A stretch of 63,299 bases of DNA from a virus (IMGVR_UViG_3300025536_000016:1-63299), one strand, 5' to 3'. Positions 9,129-18,559 are shown, counted from the first letter of the stretch. Translations and numbers: made by a program. The notes: generated from the letters alone by a model not told the origin.

Positions 9129-11237
9129 ATGAATAAATTAGATGAAATATTGAGTCATCTGAATAATGTTAAGCCGAGAGGAGAGGATTTTACAGCGCAA
9201 TGTCCAATACATGCTGATAGTAAAAATTCTTTCTCGATATTCAAAGCTTATGATGGGAATTATATTCCATTTTGCCATGCTGGTTGTTCCCTTGAGGAAA
9301 TCAGAGATTGGCTTAAATCCCTGAATCTTAATTTCAAATTCAAAGATAAGGGAATAACAAATATTTACCAATATTATTCTCCGGATGGAGAGGAGACATT
9401 TCAATGCTGCCGTTATTTCCCGAAAGATTTTAAGCAGAGAAGAAAATCCGGCGATAAGTGGGTCTGGGATTTGAAGGGCGTAGAATTGACTTTATACCGG
9501 CTTCCGGAATTGATAACCTCTGAAATATCGAGGGCGGTCTTTATTACGGAGGGAGAAAAGGATTGCGATAGATTGATTTCAAATAGCTTGATTTCCGTTT
9601 CTCCTCCTCTCGGAGCAGGGAAATGGAAGGAAACTTATAATAAGTTCCTGAAAGACAGGACGGTGTATATTGTTGAGGATAACGACTCGGAGGAAAAGAA
9701 ATTTGCCGGTCAGAAAGGAGCCCTCAAGATTGCAGAATCCCTCGTCAAAGATGGGCATAAAAATCTAAAAATTATTTCCTTCAAAGAATATCAGGGAATA
9801 AAAGATGTTTCGGATTTTCTGGATTCTCATTCAATGGATGAGCTAAAAGAATTAATTAAAAAGACTCCAAAATTTGAATTCTCCCAGATTGAAGAAAAAC
9901 CAGTAATAAAACCGGAAGCTCATTATCAATTACCCGCAGCTCCGCTTCTCGAATTGGAGATAATAAATTCATGTTTGGCGGATAATACACTTTTCCTCCG
10001 AGCCTATGAGTTTATTGATTTCAATTCTTTTTATCTTCCAATCCATAAAAGAGCCTGGCAAATTGCGACTGCTTCATACGAACACCAAGCTTTCGTTGAT
10101 AAGAATCTTGTCCTCTCGAAAATGATTGATGAGGGAAAGGAATCATTAAGGTTATTCGAGGAGAAATTAACAGGAGTATGTCTTTCGTATTATCAGTTTG
10201 AAATCTATTGTCGAGATATTCAAATGAAATCCCGTCTCCGGAATCTCATTAAATTATCTGATGATTTCTCCCAGAAAGCACGGGAGGCTCCAAGCGAAGA
10301 ATTATTCGAGCAATTTGAACAACAGGTCTTTTCTTTGACAAATTCTCTGGAGGAAAATCCGGACGGAGATTTTGAGGATTTAGGACAGGCGGTTTCTGAT
10401 ACGATTCATAAGGCTGAAAGTTTTACGGGAGAACTTCTCGGAATCTCCTCCGGATATACAGACCTTGATGAAAAGACTTCAGGGCTTCAGAAAGAGGATT
10501 TGATTATTATTGCAGCCCGTCCTTCGATGGGTAAAACTTCTCTTGCGACGGACATCATATCGAACACAATTCCGGATAATCTGAAAGTCGCTTTCTTTAC
10601 TTTGGAGATGTCCAAAGAACAAGTCGTCAATAAAATCATTTCTCAAAATCTGGAGATTCCTGCCCAGAGAATTAAAAAGTGGGATTTATCATTTCAGGAA
10701 AAAGAAGATGTTCAGAATTTCAAAAGTCAGATTTTAGATTCAAATATTAAAATCAATTTCAAACCCGGCATCAACATCGTTCAGATGAAAAGAAGCCTCC
10801 GGAGATTGGTTTCCAAAATCGGACCTCTGGATTTAATCGTAATTGATTATCTTCAGCTCATGGGAACTTATGGAAAATATGAATCCAAAGAAAAAGCGGT
10901 CTCCGATATATCGAAAGGATTGAAGGAAGTTGCTCGTGAGTTCAAGTGCCCAGTAATCGCTCTCTCACAACTGAATAGAAAACCGGAGGAAAGAAAGGGA
11001 GACCATAAACCCATCATGAGTGACTTGAGAGAATCCGGAGCAATCGAGCAGGATGCAGATATTATCATCTTTCTTTATCGAGAGGATTATTACAAAAAGG
11101 ACACGGAAAATCAGGGTGTGACGGAGGGAATTATTTCCAAAAATCGGCAAGGACCGACGGGAAGCTTTTATCTCCAGTTCATCAAGGAATATACTCATTT
11201 TGAGAACTCGACTTTTCAAAATGATGGTTCATTCTAA
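9129..11237 (+). CDS. dnaB: Primase-helicase fusion (Zn finger, TOPRIM, DnaB)
   Basis: CPIH...CHAGC; ITEGEKD, DND, KDVSDF; AARPSMGKT, IDYLQLM, LSQLNR, SDLRESGAIEQDAD. Confidence 0.93.
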   Translation: MNKLDEILSHLNNVKPRGEDFTAQCPIHADSKNSFSIFKAYDGNYIPFCHAGCSLEEIRDWLKSLNLNFKFKDKGITNIYQYYSPDGEETFQCCRYFPKDFKQRRKSGDKWVWDLKGVELTLYRLPELITSEISRAVFITEGEKDCDRLISNSLISVSPPLGAGKWKETYNKFLKDRTVYIVEDNDSEEKKFAGQKGALKIAESLVKDGHKNLKIISFKEYQGIKDVSDFLDSHSMDELKELIKKTPKFEFSQIEEKPVIKPEAHYQLPAAPLLELEIINSCLADNTLFLRAYEFIDFNSFYLPIHKRAWQIATASYEHQAFVDKNLVLSKMIDEGKESLRLFEEKLTGVCLSYYQFEIYCRDIQMKSRLRNLIKLSDDFSQKAREAPSEELFEQFEQQVFSLTNSLEENPDGDFEDLGQAVSDTIHKAESFTGELLGISSGYTDLDEKTSGLQKEDLIIIAARPSMGKTSLATDIISNTIPDNLKVAFFTLEMSKEQVVNKIISQNLEIPAQRIKKWDLSFQEKEDVQNFKSQILDSNIKINFKPGINIVQMKRSLRRLVSKIGPLDLIVIDYLQLMGTYGKYESKEKAVSDISKGLKEVAREFKCPVIALSQLNRKPEERKGDHKPIMSDLRESGAIEQDADIIIFLYREDYYKKDTENQGVTEGIISKNRQGPTGSFYLQFIKEYTHFENSTFQNDGSF

Positions 11238-11290
11238 GTGAAACAAATGTTTCATGAGAGAAACAGATTCCGGAGGATTTCTGATGAAAA

Positions 11291-11470
11291 CTTAGAAAGT
11301 GTTAAAAATTGACAATTTAGGGAAAATTAAATGATTGAAAAAACAAGCACTTATAGAGATGAAAAATCGAGTAATATCATTACATGGATTATGAGTCAAA
11401 AAGCCATCTGACTCGAACTATCGAGAAAGCGTTTTATTTTCAATAACTTATGGACACTATTTTTTGTTTC
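11291..11470. repeat. ~180-bp non-coding element, copy A (homologous to 48154-48332)
   Basis: Colinear shared blocks: AAAGTGTTAAAAATTGACAATT, IHF-like sites, CATGGATTAT, CTCGAACTATCGAGAAAGC. Confidence 0.8.
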
Positions 11471-11510
11471 ATAAAAATAGTCTAAAATTTGATAAATCGA
11501 GGTATAAATT

Positions 11511-11972
11511 ATGACGATAAAAAGATATTTACAACAGGATAAATTAGGGAATATTTCCTCCGGAGAAAAAGAATTTCTCCTCAATCATGTGTGCGATACG
11601 ATGGATAAAGTTCGGGCTCGTTTCGAGGAATGTATCCGCCTGAATTTCGGAAAAAAGAAAGTCCTCTATGTTTCAACAATGGTTTCAATTATTGAAAAAC
11701 ATTTCGTCTGGAATATTTCCGTCCGGATGGGAATGCGTTTCAAATCCTCCAGAGAATTAAAAAAAGTTTCTAATTGGGTTCCGGAGGATAAAAGAAAAAT
11801 TTTTGAATTGATGGATGAATACTATAAATATGTCGGCTCAAAAAATCTGGAATTCGAGAGTCGGCTTGAATATGAAACCTCCGTTCACTTCAATAAAAAA
11901 TTGAGCTATGAGGAAATAGAATCTCTTTACGACGATACGAAAAATAAATTTGAAAATGGGGTAATCGAATAA
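11511..11972 (+). CDS. Hypothetical protein
   Basis: 153-aa ORF with AATCGAGGTATAAA leader. Confidence 0.75.
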   Translation: MTIKRYLQQDKLGNISSGEKEFLLNHVCDTMDKVRARFEECIRLNFGKKKVLYVSTMVSIIEKHFVWNISVRMGMRFKSSRELKKVSNWVPEDKRKIFELMDEYYKYVGSKNLEFESRLEYETSVHFNKKLSYEEIESLYDDTKNKFENGVIE

Positions 11973-12424
11973 TGAGCTACTCTGAATCATGGCTTGATGA
12001 GATTTTGAAAAAAAATCCTCAATTGAAAGTAAAAGAGGATAGATTGATAAATCCTCCGGTTATTCACGCCGCTCCATCTGCTCAACCCAAGGGAATGAAT
12101 AAACTTGAATTGAGATATAGTTATTTTTTACAGAATCAATTTCTCGGAGGAGAAATTATTAAATGGATGCACGAGCCGTTTAATCTCAGATTGGCAAATC
12201 CTAAGTGCCATTATAAAATTGATTTCCTCGTGATAAATCTCCAGATGGAAATTGAGCTTCATGAAACCAAGGGCGAATGGGTAGATGGAGATGCTCTTGT
12301 GAAATTCAAAGTCGCTGCAAAAGAGTTTCCTTTCTTTCGCTGGAAGTGGGTAACAGAGGAACTTGGAGTCTTTGTTTATCGCGAACTCTGGAACGGTTCG
12401 TGGTTGAAAGAATCTCAGAAATAG
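11972..12424 (+). CDS. PD-(D/E)xK endonuclease (DUF1064-like, possible resolvase)
   Basis: MNKLELRY, YKIDFLV, HETKG motifs. Confidence 0.65.
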   Translation: MSYSESWLDEILKKNPQLKVKEDRLINPPVIHAAPSAQPKGMNKLELRYSYFLQNQFLGGEIIKWMHEPFNLRLANPKCHYKIDFLVINLQMEIELHETKGEWVDGDALVKFKVAAKEFPFFRWKWVTEELGVFVYRELWNGSWLKESQK

Positions 12425-12514
12425 TATAATATCTTTTTGAATCTGAGAAAGAATTGAAGTTTAATTCCTCTCTCGGTTTCCCTACCTGATAATCAATTAT
12501 CCTCGATTTATGGT

Positions 12515-12553
12515 AAAAGGGCTTTCAGATGAAATTTATCTGAAAGCCTTTTC
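12515..12553 (+). terminator. Intrinsic terminator-like hairpin
   Basis: AAAAGGGCTTTCAGAT / ATCTGAAAGCCTTTT. Confidence 0.6.
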
Positions 12554-12563
12554 GGGTTGTTGA

Positions 12564-12616
12564 TGTTAAAATTTCACATTTTTTATCTTGAATTAAAATT
12601 CAATCTCAGTTAAAAT
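12564..12616 (+). promoter_or_regulatory. Operator TGTTA-N5-TCACA plus sigma70-like promoter
   Basis: Palindrome 12564-12578; TTGAAT(12588)-17 bp-TAAAAT(12611). Confidence 0.6.
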
Positions 12617-12661
12617 TTTTCATTGGAAGAAATTCCAAGATTAAGAATCGAGGATAAAAGA

Positions 12662-13441
12662 ATGAAAAAAGAATTTATACGAGGAGTTTTAGAGTTAACT
12701 AACGGGCCGATTTCCCTGAATGATTTCGAGAAAACGGAACATCCGGATATTTATAAGCTGAAGGAAAAGGCAGCATTAAGTGGGCATGAGTGGGTTTATT
12801 TCAATGGGTTTGATTATATTGAAATTAATCCTCTCCTCTATGGAGCCTTTCAGGAATTGAACCAGCTTGATAATTTCAATCAATTTGATAATGTTTCCGA
12901 TAAGGAACTTTATGTTGCGAAGAATCACGTCAAGAAATATATTGATGAAGGAAACTGGGTTGACGCGATGCTTTTCATTTCGGAAAGAGTTGGTTTTATG
13001 GTTTATCTGGATAATTTCGATAAAATTCCGGATGACCAGAAATATGATGCTTTTATTAATCTTTATACAAGATGTGATTTCGGTTTCCATCTTTTGAAAG
13101 ACCATTATCGAAAGATATTTGATTACGCGCATCTCTCGAAAGAAAGAGAGGAAAGATTGAATAAATTAAAAGGGAAATTCGGAGAGAAAAAGAAGTTCCG
13201 GATTTTTCACGGCGTTTCCTATGATTTCCCTGTTTATGATTATTACTCGTGGACTTTGAATGAAATGACCGCTCAATTCTTCGCTTATAGATATTCCAAT
13301 TTCGGTGAAATCCTACAAAAAGATATTTTATTCAAAGACGCCGTCGACTACTTATCTGATAGAAATGAGGAGGAGATTCTTTTTTCTCCATCAGATACAT
13401 TTTTGAAACTTATGTTTAGAAACAAGGAGGAGGGAGAATAA
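12662..13441 (+). CDS. Hypothetical protein
   Basis: ATG 12662 after AATCGAGGATAAAAG leader. Confidence 0.75.
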   Translation: MKKEFIRGVLELTNGPISLNDFEKTEHPDIYKLKEKAALSGHEWVYFNGFDYIEINPLLYGAFQELNQLDNFNQFDNVSDKELYVAKNHVKKYIDEGNWVDAMLFISERVGFMVYLDNFDKIPDDQKYDAFINLYTRCDFGFHLLKDHYRKIFDYAHLSKEREERLNKLKGKFGEKKKFRIFHGVSYDFPVYDYYSWTLNEMTAQFFAYRYSNFGEILQKDILFKDAVDYLSDRNEEEILFSPSDTFLKLMFRNKEEGE

Positions 13442-13911
13442 TGTCAGAATTTGTTCATGATATGGGAACTGATTTTCAAGTCTTTCTTGATTCCCTCGAT
13501 AATAAACCAAAATACACGGAGCAGGAGCTTTTGGAAAAGATGGGCTATGAAGCTTATCAATTCACACAGGCATCGAATTTCCTGATTAAATATTCCTCAT
13601 CCATTCAAAAGAGGAGAGTTAAAATCAGGACGATACTTCTTGCGAAACGACCGGATTTAATCCAGAATCCGAAATTAAAAGCCCATCTGGAAAAATGCTT
13701 CGAGGATATAAAATTCAAACCAACAAAAGAGGATATTGATTCTTTTATTGAATTGGAACTCGGAGACATTCATTCCCAGATGCAGAAGGCTTCGGAAAGA
13801 ATGAAAGCTTCTGAAAAACTCCATGATATGTATCAGAAGCAACTTTCGTGGTACCAGTCAGTTTTGAAAAGAGAAACCGCCGAATGGATGGCTTCCAATC
13901 GAGGAACTTAA
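13441..13911 (+). CDS. Helical protein, weak resemblance to UvsY-like recombination mediators
   Basis: TKEDIDSFIE followed by coiled coil; function uncertain. Confidence 0.35.
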   Translation: MSEFVHDMGTDFQVFLDSLDNKPKYTEQELLEKMGYEAYQFTQASNFLIKYSSSIQKRRVKIRTILLAKRPDLIQNPKLKAHLEKCFEDIKFKPTKEDIDSFIELELGDIHSQMQKASERMKASEKLHDMYQKQLSWYQSVLKRETAEWMASNRGT

Positions 13912-13913
13912 TC

Positions 13914-14312
13914 ATGAGAAAATCGAAAATCACTGATATGCCATTACTCGATTTCCTGAAAGAAATTTCTCCGGATGAAGTTATCCTTCATCCTCATCAG
14001 GAAAAATTACTGGACGCGATTTCTGAGGGAAAGAGATTGGTTATAAATCAACCTCGGAGATATGGAACTGCTGTCCTTGATGAATTAATCAGGGAAAGAA
14101 CAAATGGCGAATCGAAATATAGACCAATCGGAAAATATCCGGTTTTCTGTATCGTCAGTCGTAAGGATGGAAAAGTTGTTTCTCATTGGTCATGTGAGGA
14201 ACCCGATGTCGAGGAGTTCAAAAATAGTTCGATTAAAAGAGGGAATCTTGTGGAAGTCTTTCCGCACGATGAATACTGGGAAAAATATAAAAGAGGAGAA
14301 TTCAATAAATGA
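13914..14312 (+). CDS. Hypothetical protein with a degenerate terminase-ATPase-like N-terminus
   Basis: LHPHQEKLL...LVINQPRRYGT; ATG after GAGGA. Confidence 0.55.
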   Translation: MRKSKITDMPLLDFLKEISPDEVILHPHQEKLLDAISEGKRLVINQPRRYGTAVLDELIRERTNGESKYRPIGKYPVFCIVSRKDGKVVSHWSCEEPDVEEFKNSSIKRGNLVEVFPHDEYWEKYKRGEFNK

Positions 14313-15121
14313 AAATCAAGGTTTTAGACAATGGATACGTAAGATTGGTGGAATCTTATGGCAGAGGCGATGCCGGAATCATGGAGGCAGGAATCATCGA
14401 AGCAGCGAGACAATCTACGCAGGGAAATTTCAGGGGCTGGGATATTTGGCACTGCGGGACTTGCGGAAATAATTTCAAATCGAAAATCAATCATGACATT
14501 TCCGGAGGACTCGATGAGTTGAGTTCAAGTTCATTGGTCATCTGTAAACAGAAGAATTGGTCGAATGATGAAAAACTTCTCGGATTTCTTTTTAATAATG
14601 AACCGAAGCATTCGACACCTTTTGAATTTTGCGGATTGATTATTGAAGTTCAAGCTCCGATTTTCGTATTCAGGGAATGGCACCGGCACCGGACTCAAAG
14701 CTATAATGAGATGAGTGCAAGATATGCGCCTCTCCCTGACATGAATTATGTTCCGGATAAAGAAAGATTATTCCTTACTCAGAATGAGAATAAACAGGCT
14801 CAAGCAATATCCGGAAGTAAGCAACTCGATGATAATTATGCAGAAGGATGGTTGAGCGAATTGGCTATTTTATATGAACGTGCTGAAAAGGTTTATCAAT
14901 ATGGGCTTGATGTAGGGATTCCGAAAGAAGTCGCCCGAGTCGTCCTCCCAGTAGGAAGATATTCAAAGATGAGAGCTTCTGCTAATCTCCTCAATTGGTT
15001 GAAATTCTTATCTTTGAGAATGGACTCAAAGGCTCAATGGGAAATCAGACAATATGCGAATGCTGTTGCTGAAATCATTTCAAATGAATTTCCTAAAACT
15101 TGGTCTCAATTCAAAAAATAA
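14309..15121 (+). CDS. thyX: Flavin-dependent thymidylate synthase
   Basis: HSTPFE, WHRHRTQSYNEMSARY ThyX signature, AQWEIRQYA. Confidence 0.95.
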   Translation: MKIKVLDNGYVRLVESYGRGDAGIMEAGIIEAARQSTQGNFRGWDIWHCGTCGNNFKSKINHDISGGLDELSSSSLVICKQKNWSNDEKLLGFLFNNEPKHSTPFEFCGLIIEVQAPIFVFREWHRHRTQSYNEMSARYAPLPDMNYVPDKERLFLTQNENKQAQAISGSKQLDDNYAEGWLSELAILYERAEKVYQYGLDVGIPKEVARVVLPVGRYSKMRASANLLNWLKFLSLRMDSKAQWEIRQYANAVAEIISNEFPKTWSQFKK

Positions 15122-15135
15122 TCCGGAGAAATTCA

Positions 15136-15537
15136 ATGTCAGAAAACTTAGAAAAACACGACCCGATAAATCCCTCTCATTATAAGAAAAATCCCTCTGG
15201 GCTCGAATGTATTCACATTACTCGGCACATGGGATTCAATACGGGAAACGCCGTAAAGTATCTCTGGAGATATGAGGAGAAAGATTTGATTATTGCTTTG
15301 AAAAAAGCAGTCTGGTATTTAGAGGATTTGAAAGAACATCATTATATTTCTGCGATGTTCCCAATCGTCGCTCTGGATGGAGGAATGATTGAGGAGATTG
15401 TTTCCGGATTCCATTCCGAGAATATACAGCAAGCTCTCCGGTTTCTCCTCAATTCCAGATTGCCAATGACTCCTTTGAATCTTCAATATGTAATCGGCTT
15501 GATAAATAAAGAAATCGAGGAATTAGGTAAATTTTAA
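15136..15537 (+). CDS. DUF3310 domain protein
   Basis: DPINPSHY...ECI...GFNTGNAVKYLWR...ALKKAVWYL. Confidence 0.85.
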   Translation: MSENLEKHDPINPSHYKKNPSGLECIHITRHMGFNTGNAVKYLWRYEEKDLIIALKKAVWYLEDLKEHHYISAMFPIVALDGGMIEEIVSGFHSENIQQALRFLLNSRLPMTPLNLQYVIGLINKEIEELGKF

Positions 15538-15538
15538 T

Positions 15539-15877
15539 ATGCCAACGAAAAGAAAAACAAAATATAGTTCATCTCGCTCAATCTCATTGACGGATTTGAA
15601 ATATCGTAACCGCCTGAAAGTCCGTTCAAAGAATCGAGATAATAAAATCGAGGATTTGAGGGAGTGTCCCTCCTGTCATTCAAAATCCGGTTATTATCAT
15701 GAGTCCTTTCATGAATCCATCGAGAGAGAAATAAGTTCTTTCCGGAAAAATTCAAAATCGAAAATCGAGATTGAAGTTAAATCCGAAATCTGGAAATCAA
15801 ATATTTATTTCTGTCTCGAATGCCATACTCCGATTGCTTATCATCGAGAGGAGGAGAAAAAGGAAGAAAACAAATAA
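15539..15877 (+). CDS. Hypothetical Zn-ribbon protein
   Basis: CPSC...CLEC pairs. Confidence 0.6.
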   Translation: MPTKRKTKYSSSRSISLTDLKYRNRLKVRSKNRDNKIEDLRECPSCHSKSGYYHESFHESIEREISSFRKNSKSKIEIEVKSEIWKSNIYFCLECHTPIAYHREEEKKEENK

Positions 15878-15879
15878 AT

Positions 15880-15930
15880 GTTAAAGTTTCACATTTTATT
15901 CTTGACAAGCTATTTCTAATATGAGAGGAT
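15880..15930 (+). promoter_or_regulatory. Operator plus putative early promoter
   Basis: TGTTA-aagtt-TCACA (15880-15894), TTGACA (15902), TG-n-GAGGAT (15925). Confidence 0.7.
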
Positions 15931-15978
15931 GTCTTTCAAGGGAGAGAATCCCAAAATTAAAAATCAAGGATAAAGAAA

Positions 15979-16263
15979 ATGTTAAATCCGGAAAGTGTCA
16001 AAGTGGTGAAAAATGAAATCGAAATCATGAGGAATGAAGTTAAAGAAGGTTTCCGACGAACTCGGGTAATTAATTCGACAACGATACAGGCGACGAATCA
16101 GGGAGTCAATGGTTATGGAGGAAAGGTTTTCTATTATTACATCAGTGTTAAAGATGACGAAGGAAAAGTCACTTGGTCGAATTCTTCCTCTCGATTGAAT
16201 GAAATCCTTTCTTGGTATTCTAAGAGAATCAAGACCCTTAATTCTAAGAATCAAATCCATTAA
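15979..16263 (+). CDS. Hypothetical protein (first gene after promoter)
   Basis: AATCAAGGATAAAGAAAATG leader. Confidence 0.75.
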   Translation: MLNPESVKVVKNEIEIMRNEVKEGFRRTRVINSTTIQATNQGVNGYGGKVFYYYISVKDDEGKVTWSNSSSRLNEILSWYSKRIKTLNSKNQIH

Positions 16264-16266
16264 ATA

Positions 16267-16320
16267 GACCGAAACTCCCTCCTCTGGGAGTCATGGAGTT
16301 AATCTCCATCTGATGAGGTC
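16267..16320 (+). ncRNA. Type II hammerhead ribozyme HH1 (predicted cleavage after 16292)
   Basis: GACC-GAAA-CTCCC/GGGAG-TC^-ATGGAG/CTCCAT-CTGATGA-GGTC: full core and three stems. Confidence 0.92.
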
Positions 16321-16347
16321 AGATTAAAAAATCGAGGATAAAAGAAA

Positions 16348-16782
16348 ATGGAAAAAATTCAGAAAACACGGATTGAAAAAGTCTCGGATTTGAAACCGGG
16401 CGACGTTATTTACAAATTTGAAAGATGGTCTTATGAAAAGAATCTCAAAGCTGAGAAACCTTTACCGGTCATCAATTTTCATCGAATCTTTGTTATCTCA
16501 AATGTTCATTTATCGGAGGGAGGAAAATGGCTTTTCGATTATCGGAAACACGACCGGCTTTCTTCATCGAACGGAGACCACTTGAAAGTCATCAGGGCTT
16601 TGGCGGAAAGAAAAGTTTGTGAGGGCGGAACATTCGGGTGCAATCAGAGAATTCCGGAAAAGGGCGAATTCTTTCATTCGGAAATCTGGAGACTGGACAC
16701 GATTCGGAATTCGGTTTCTCCCTCTTATAATTATTCCGGAGTGATTCTTTACAAAAATCCGGCTTATGATTTGATGCATTAA
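16348..16782 (+). CDS. Hypothetical protein
   Basis: Consensus leader directly after HH1. Confidence 0.75.
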   Translation: MEKIQKTRIEKVSDLKPGDVIYKFERWSYEKNLKAEKPLPVINFHRIFVISNVHLSEGGKWLFDYRKHDRLSSSNGDHLKVIRALAERKVCEGGTFGCNQRIPEKGEFFHSEIWRLDTIRNSVSPSYNYSGVILYKNPAYDLMH

Positions 16783-16805
16783 TCAGGGAGAAAGAATTTT
16801 AATAA

Positions 16806-17075
16806 ATGAGGATAGAAGATTTCAAAAAATCGAAAGAATACAGGGACTACATAGTCCCTCAACATCCGTATTATGAATGCCTCATCTCTCTTAATCGAGA
16901 TGGGTTTTTATGTTATAAATTAATAGTGATTATTAAGAGGGGTTATAATTCGTATTCGATTTATAATCTCTTAAATAGTCCTGATGGTTCAATCCAGATT
17001 AAGCACGATTCTTCCTCGATGACGGATTTGGACGTGTTTAAGTTTCTATTGAATCTCTTTTCAAAAGAGGGTTAA
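16806..17075 (+). CDS. Hypothetical protein
   Basis: ORF within gene run. Confidence 0.6.
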   Translation: MRIEDFKKSKEYRDYIVPQHPYYECLISLNRDGFLCYKLIVIIKRGYNSYSIYNLLNSPDGSIQIKHDSSSMTDLDVFKFLLNLFSKEG

Positions 17076-17080
17076 AAATT

Positions 17081-17314
17081 ATGCCAAATTTAGAAGAAAT
17101 CAAGAATTTGAAATTAAAAACAATTCTGGAAAGTCTTTCCGGAACAGAATGTTTTTCATGTGGTTCGAGGAAGGGGGCGAAGATGAGTCACTGCAGACCC
17201 TGCTACTTTGCGCTTCCTCCGGAAATGAGAAAGAATCTTTATAATCGAGTCGGTTCGGGTTATGAGGAAGCTTTCAAAGAATCCCTTATCTTTCTGGAGG
17301 AAAGGAAGTCATGA
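17081..17314 (+). CDS. Small Zn-finger protein
   Basis: CFSC...CRPCYFALPPEMR. Confidence 0.65.
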   Translation: MPNLEEIKNLKLKTILESLSGTECFSCGSRKGAKMSHCRPCYFALPPEMRKNLYNRVGSGYEEAFKESLIFLEERKS

Positions 17315-17718
17315 AGATAGGCTTTACTTCGCCCAGAGAGGGGGTTTCCTCCGTTCAGATTCGGACTTTAATCCGATTACTCGGATTGTTCGATTTGAAA
17401 GAGGGAGACGAAGTTCACCACGGCTGCTGTATCGGAGGAGATGAGAAGATTCATGAGCTCATCAGAGAATATTATCCGGATGTTTCGATTATTGGGCATC
17501 CTCCGATATTGACGAAATTCATTTCCCAGATAACAGATTTCGACGAGCTCCGGCTTCCTCTGGATTTCCTCCATCGAAACAAGGAAATCGTAAATGAAAC
17601 GGATATTTTAATCGCCCTTCCATCCGGCCCCGAAGTAATTCGTTCCGGAACATGGGCAACTATTCGGTATGCTCTGAAAGGTAGCAAATCAGTTTATATC
17701 ATCAGAGAGGAAAATTAA
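17311..17718 (+). CDS. SLOG-superfamily (DprA/YspA-like) protein
   Basis: KIGFTS, HHGCCIGGD, RNKEIVNETDILIA, SGTWATIRYA. Confidence 0.75.
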   Translation: MKIGFTSPREGVSSVQIRTLIRLLGLFDLKEGDEVHHGCCIGGDEKIHELIREYYPDVSIIGHPPILTKFISQITDFDELRLPLDFLHRNKEIVNETDILIALPSGPEVIRSGTWATIRYALKGSKSVYIIREEN

Positions 17719-17720
17719 TA

Positions 17721-18068
17721 ATGGTTGATAAAATAGCCAAGATAGATAAAAAAGATGAAATTGATTCTCAATCCATCCAGAACATTGAAAATCTCATCAA
17801 AGTTGTCCTATTCACGGGAAAATATCTGAAATTCCGGATTGAATATCATCGAATCGAAGATACACGGGACTACTTCATTTTTACTTTATTCAGGAACGAA
17901 AAGCCGTGGAGAGTAATCGGAGGAGTTTCCGAAACTTTATATTATTTTCTCGGAGCTTATGAGCAGGAATACAATGAAACGGTTGATGTGAATTCCCTCA
18001 AAAAGAGAATGGATAATTATTCCCTGAATCATCAAATTAACTGGTCATCCGAGAAAGTATTTTATTAA
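17721..18068 (+). CDS. Hypothetical protein
   Basis: ORF within gene run. Confidence 0.6.
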   Translation: MVDKIAKIDKKDEIDSQSIQNIENLIKVVLFTGKYLKFRIEYHRIEDTRDYFIFTLFRNEKPWRVIGGVSETLYYFLGAYEQEYNETVDVNSLKKRMDNYSLNHQINWSSEKVFY

Positions 18069-18080
18069 AAGATTAAAAGA

Positions 18081-18536
18081 ATGAAAAGATTAATATTCTT
18101 ACAAAATACATATTCGGAAAAATATCAGGGAAAGGAATTTCCCAGAGACGAATGGTGGAGAGGATTCAAAAAAGGATTGGCTTTCCGGAATCTCGAAAAG
18201 ATATTTGCGATAAATCTCCGGAGAGACATGGTCTGGAATCTCACACCGATTGCGGGAAAGGATTCCTCCTCGATTCTTCCTCCGGATTTTCATTATATCG
18301 AGGACGCAATTATTAAACATAGACCAAAATATGTTGTCGCTTGTGGTCTGAAAGCAATCTCTGCTCTGGATTTGGTTCTGGATAAAAATCTTTTAGGAAT
18401 CACGCATCCGAGCTACAGATTCAATACTGAGGATTATTTTCTCCAATTGAGATTTTTGGTCAATCTCAATCTGGAGGGAAAATATAAGGCTTTTCCCGTC
18501 AAAGGGCAAAAGGAATTAAAACTAACGCAGCTATAA
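18081..18536 (+). CDS. Uracil-DNA-glycosylase-like fold protein
   Basis: IFLQN, WNLTP, PKYVVACG, ITHPS in the order seen in the UDG superfamily. Confidence 0.5.
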   Translation: MKRLIFLQNTYSEKYQGKEFPRDEWWRGFKKGLAFRNLEKIFAINLRRDMVWNLTPIAGKDSSSILPPDFHYIEDAIIKHRPKYVVACGLKAISALDLVLDKNLLGITHPSYRFNTEDYFLQLRFLVNLNLEGKYKAFPVKGQKELKLTQL

Positions 18537-18559
18537 ATCAATAAATCGAGGATAAAAGA

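Noticed and set aside
15877-15898. CRP/FNR site (AAATGTGA-N6-TCACATTT look-alike)
   Set aside because: Half-site spacing is 5 bp in every copy, not 6
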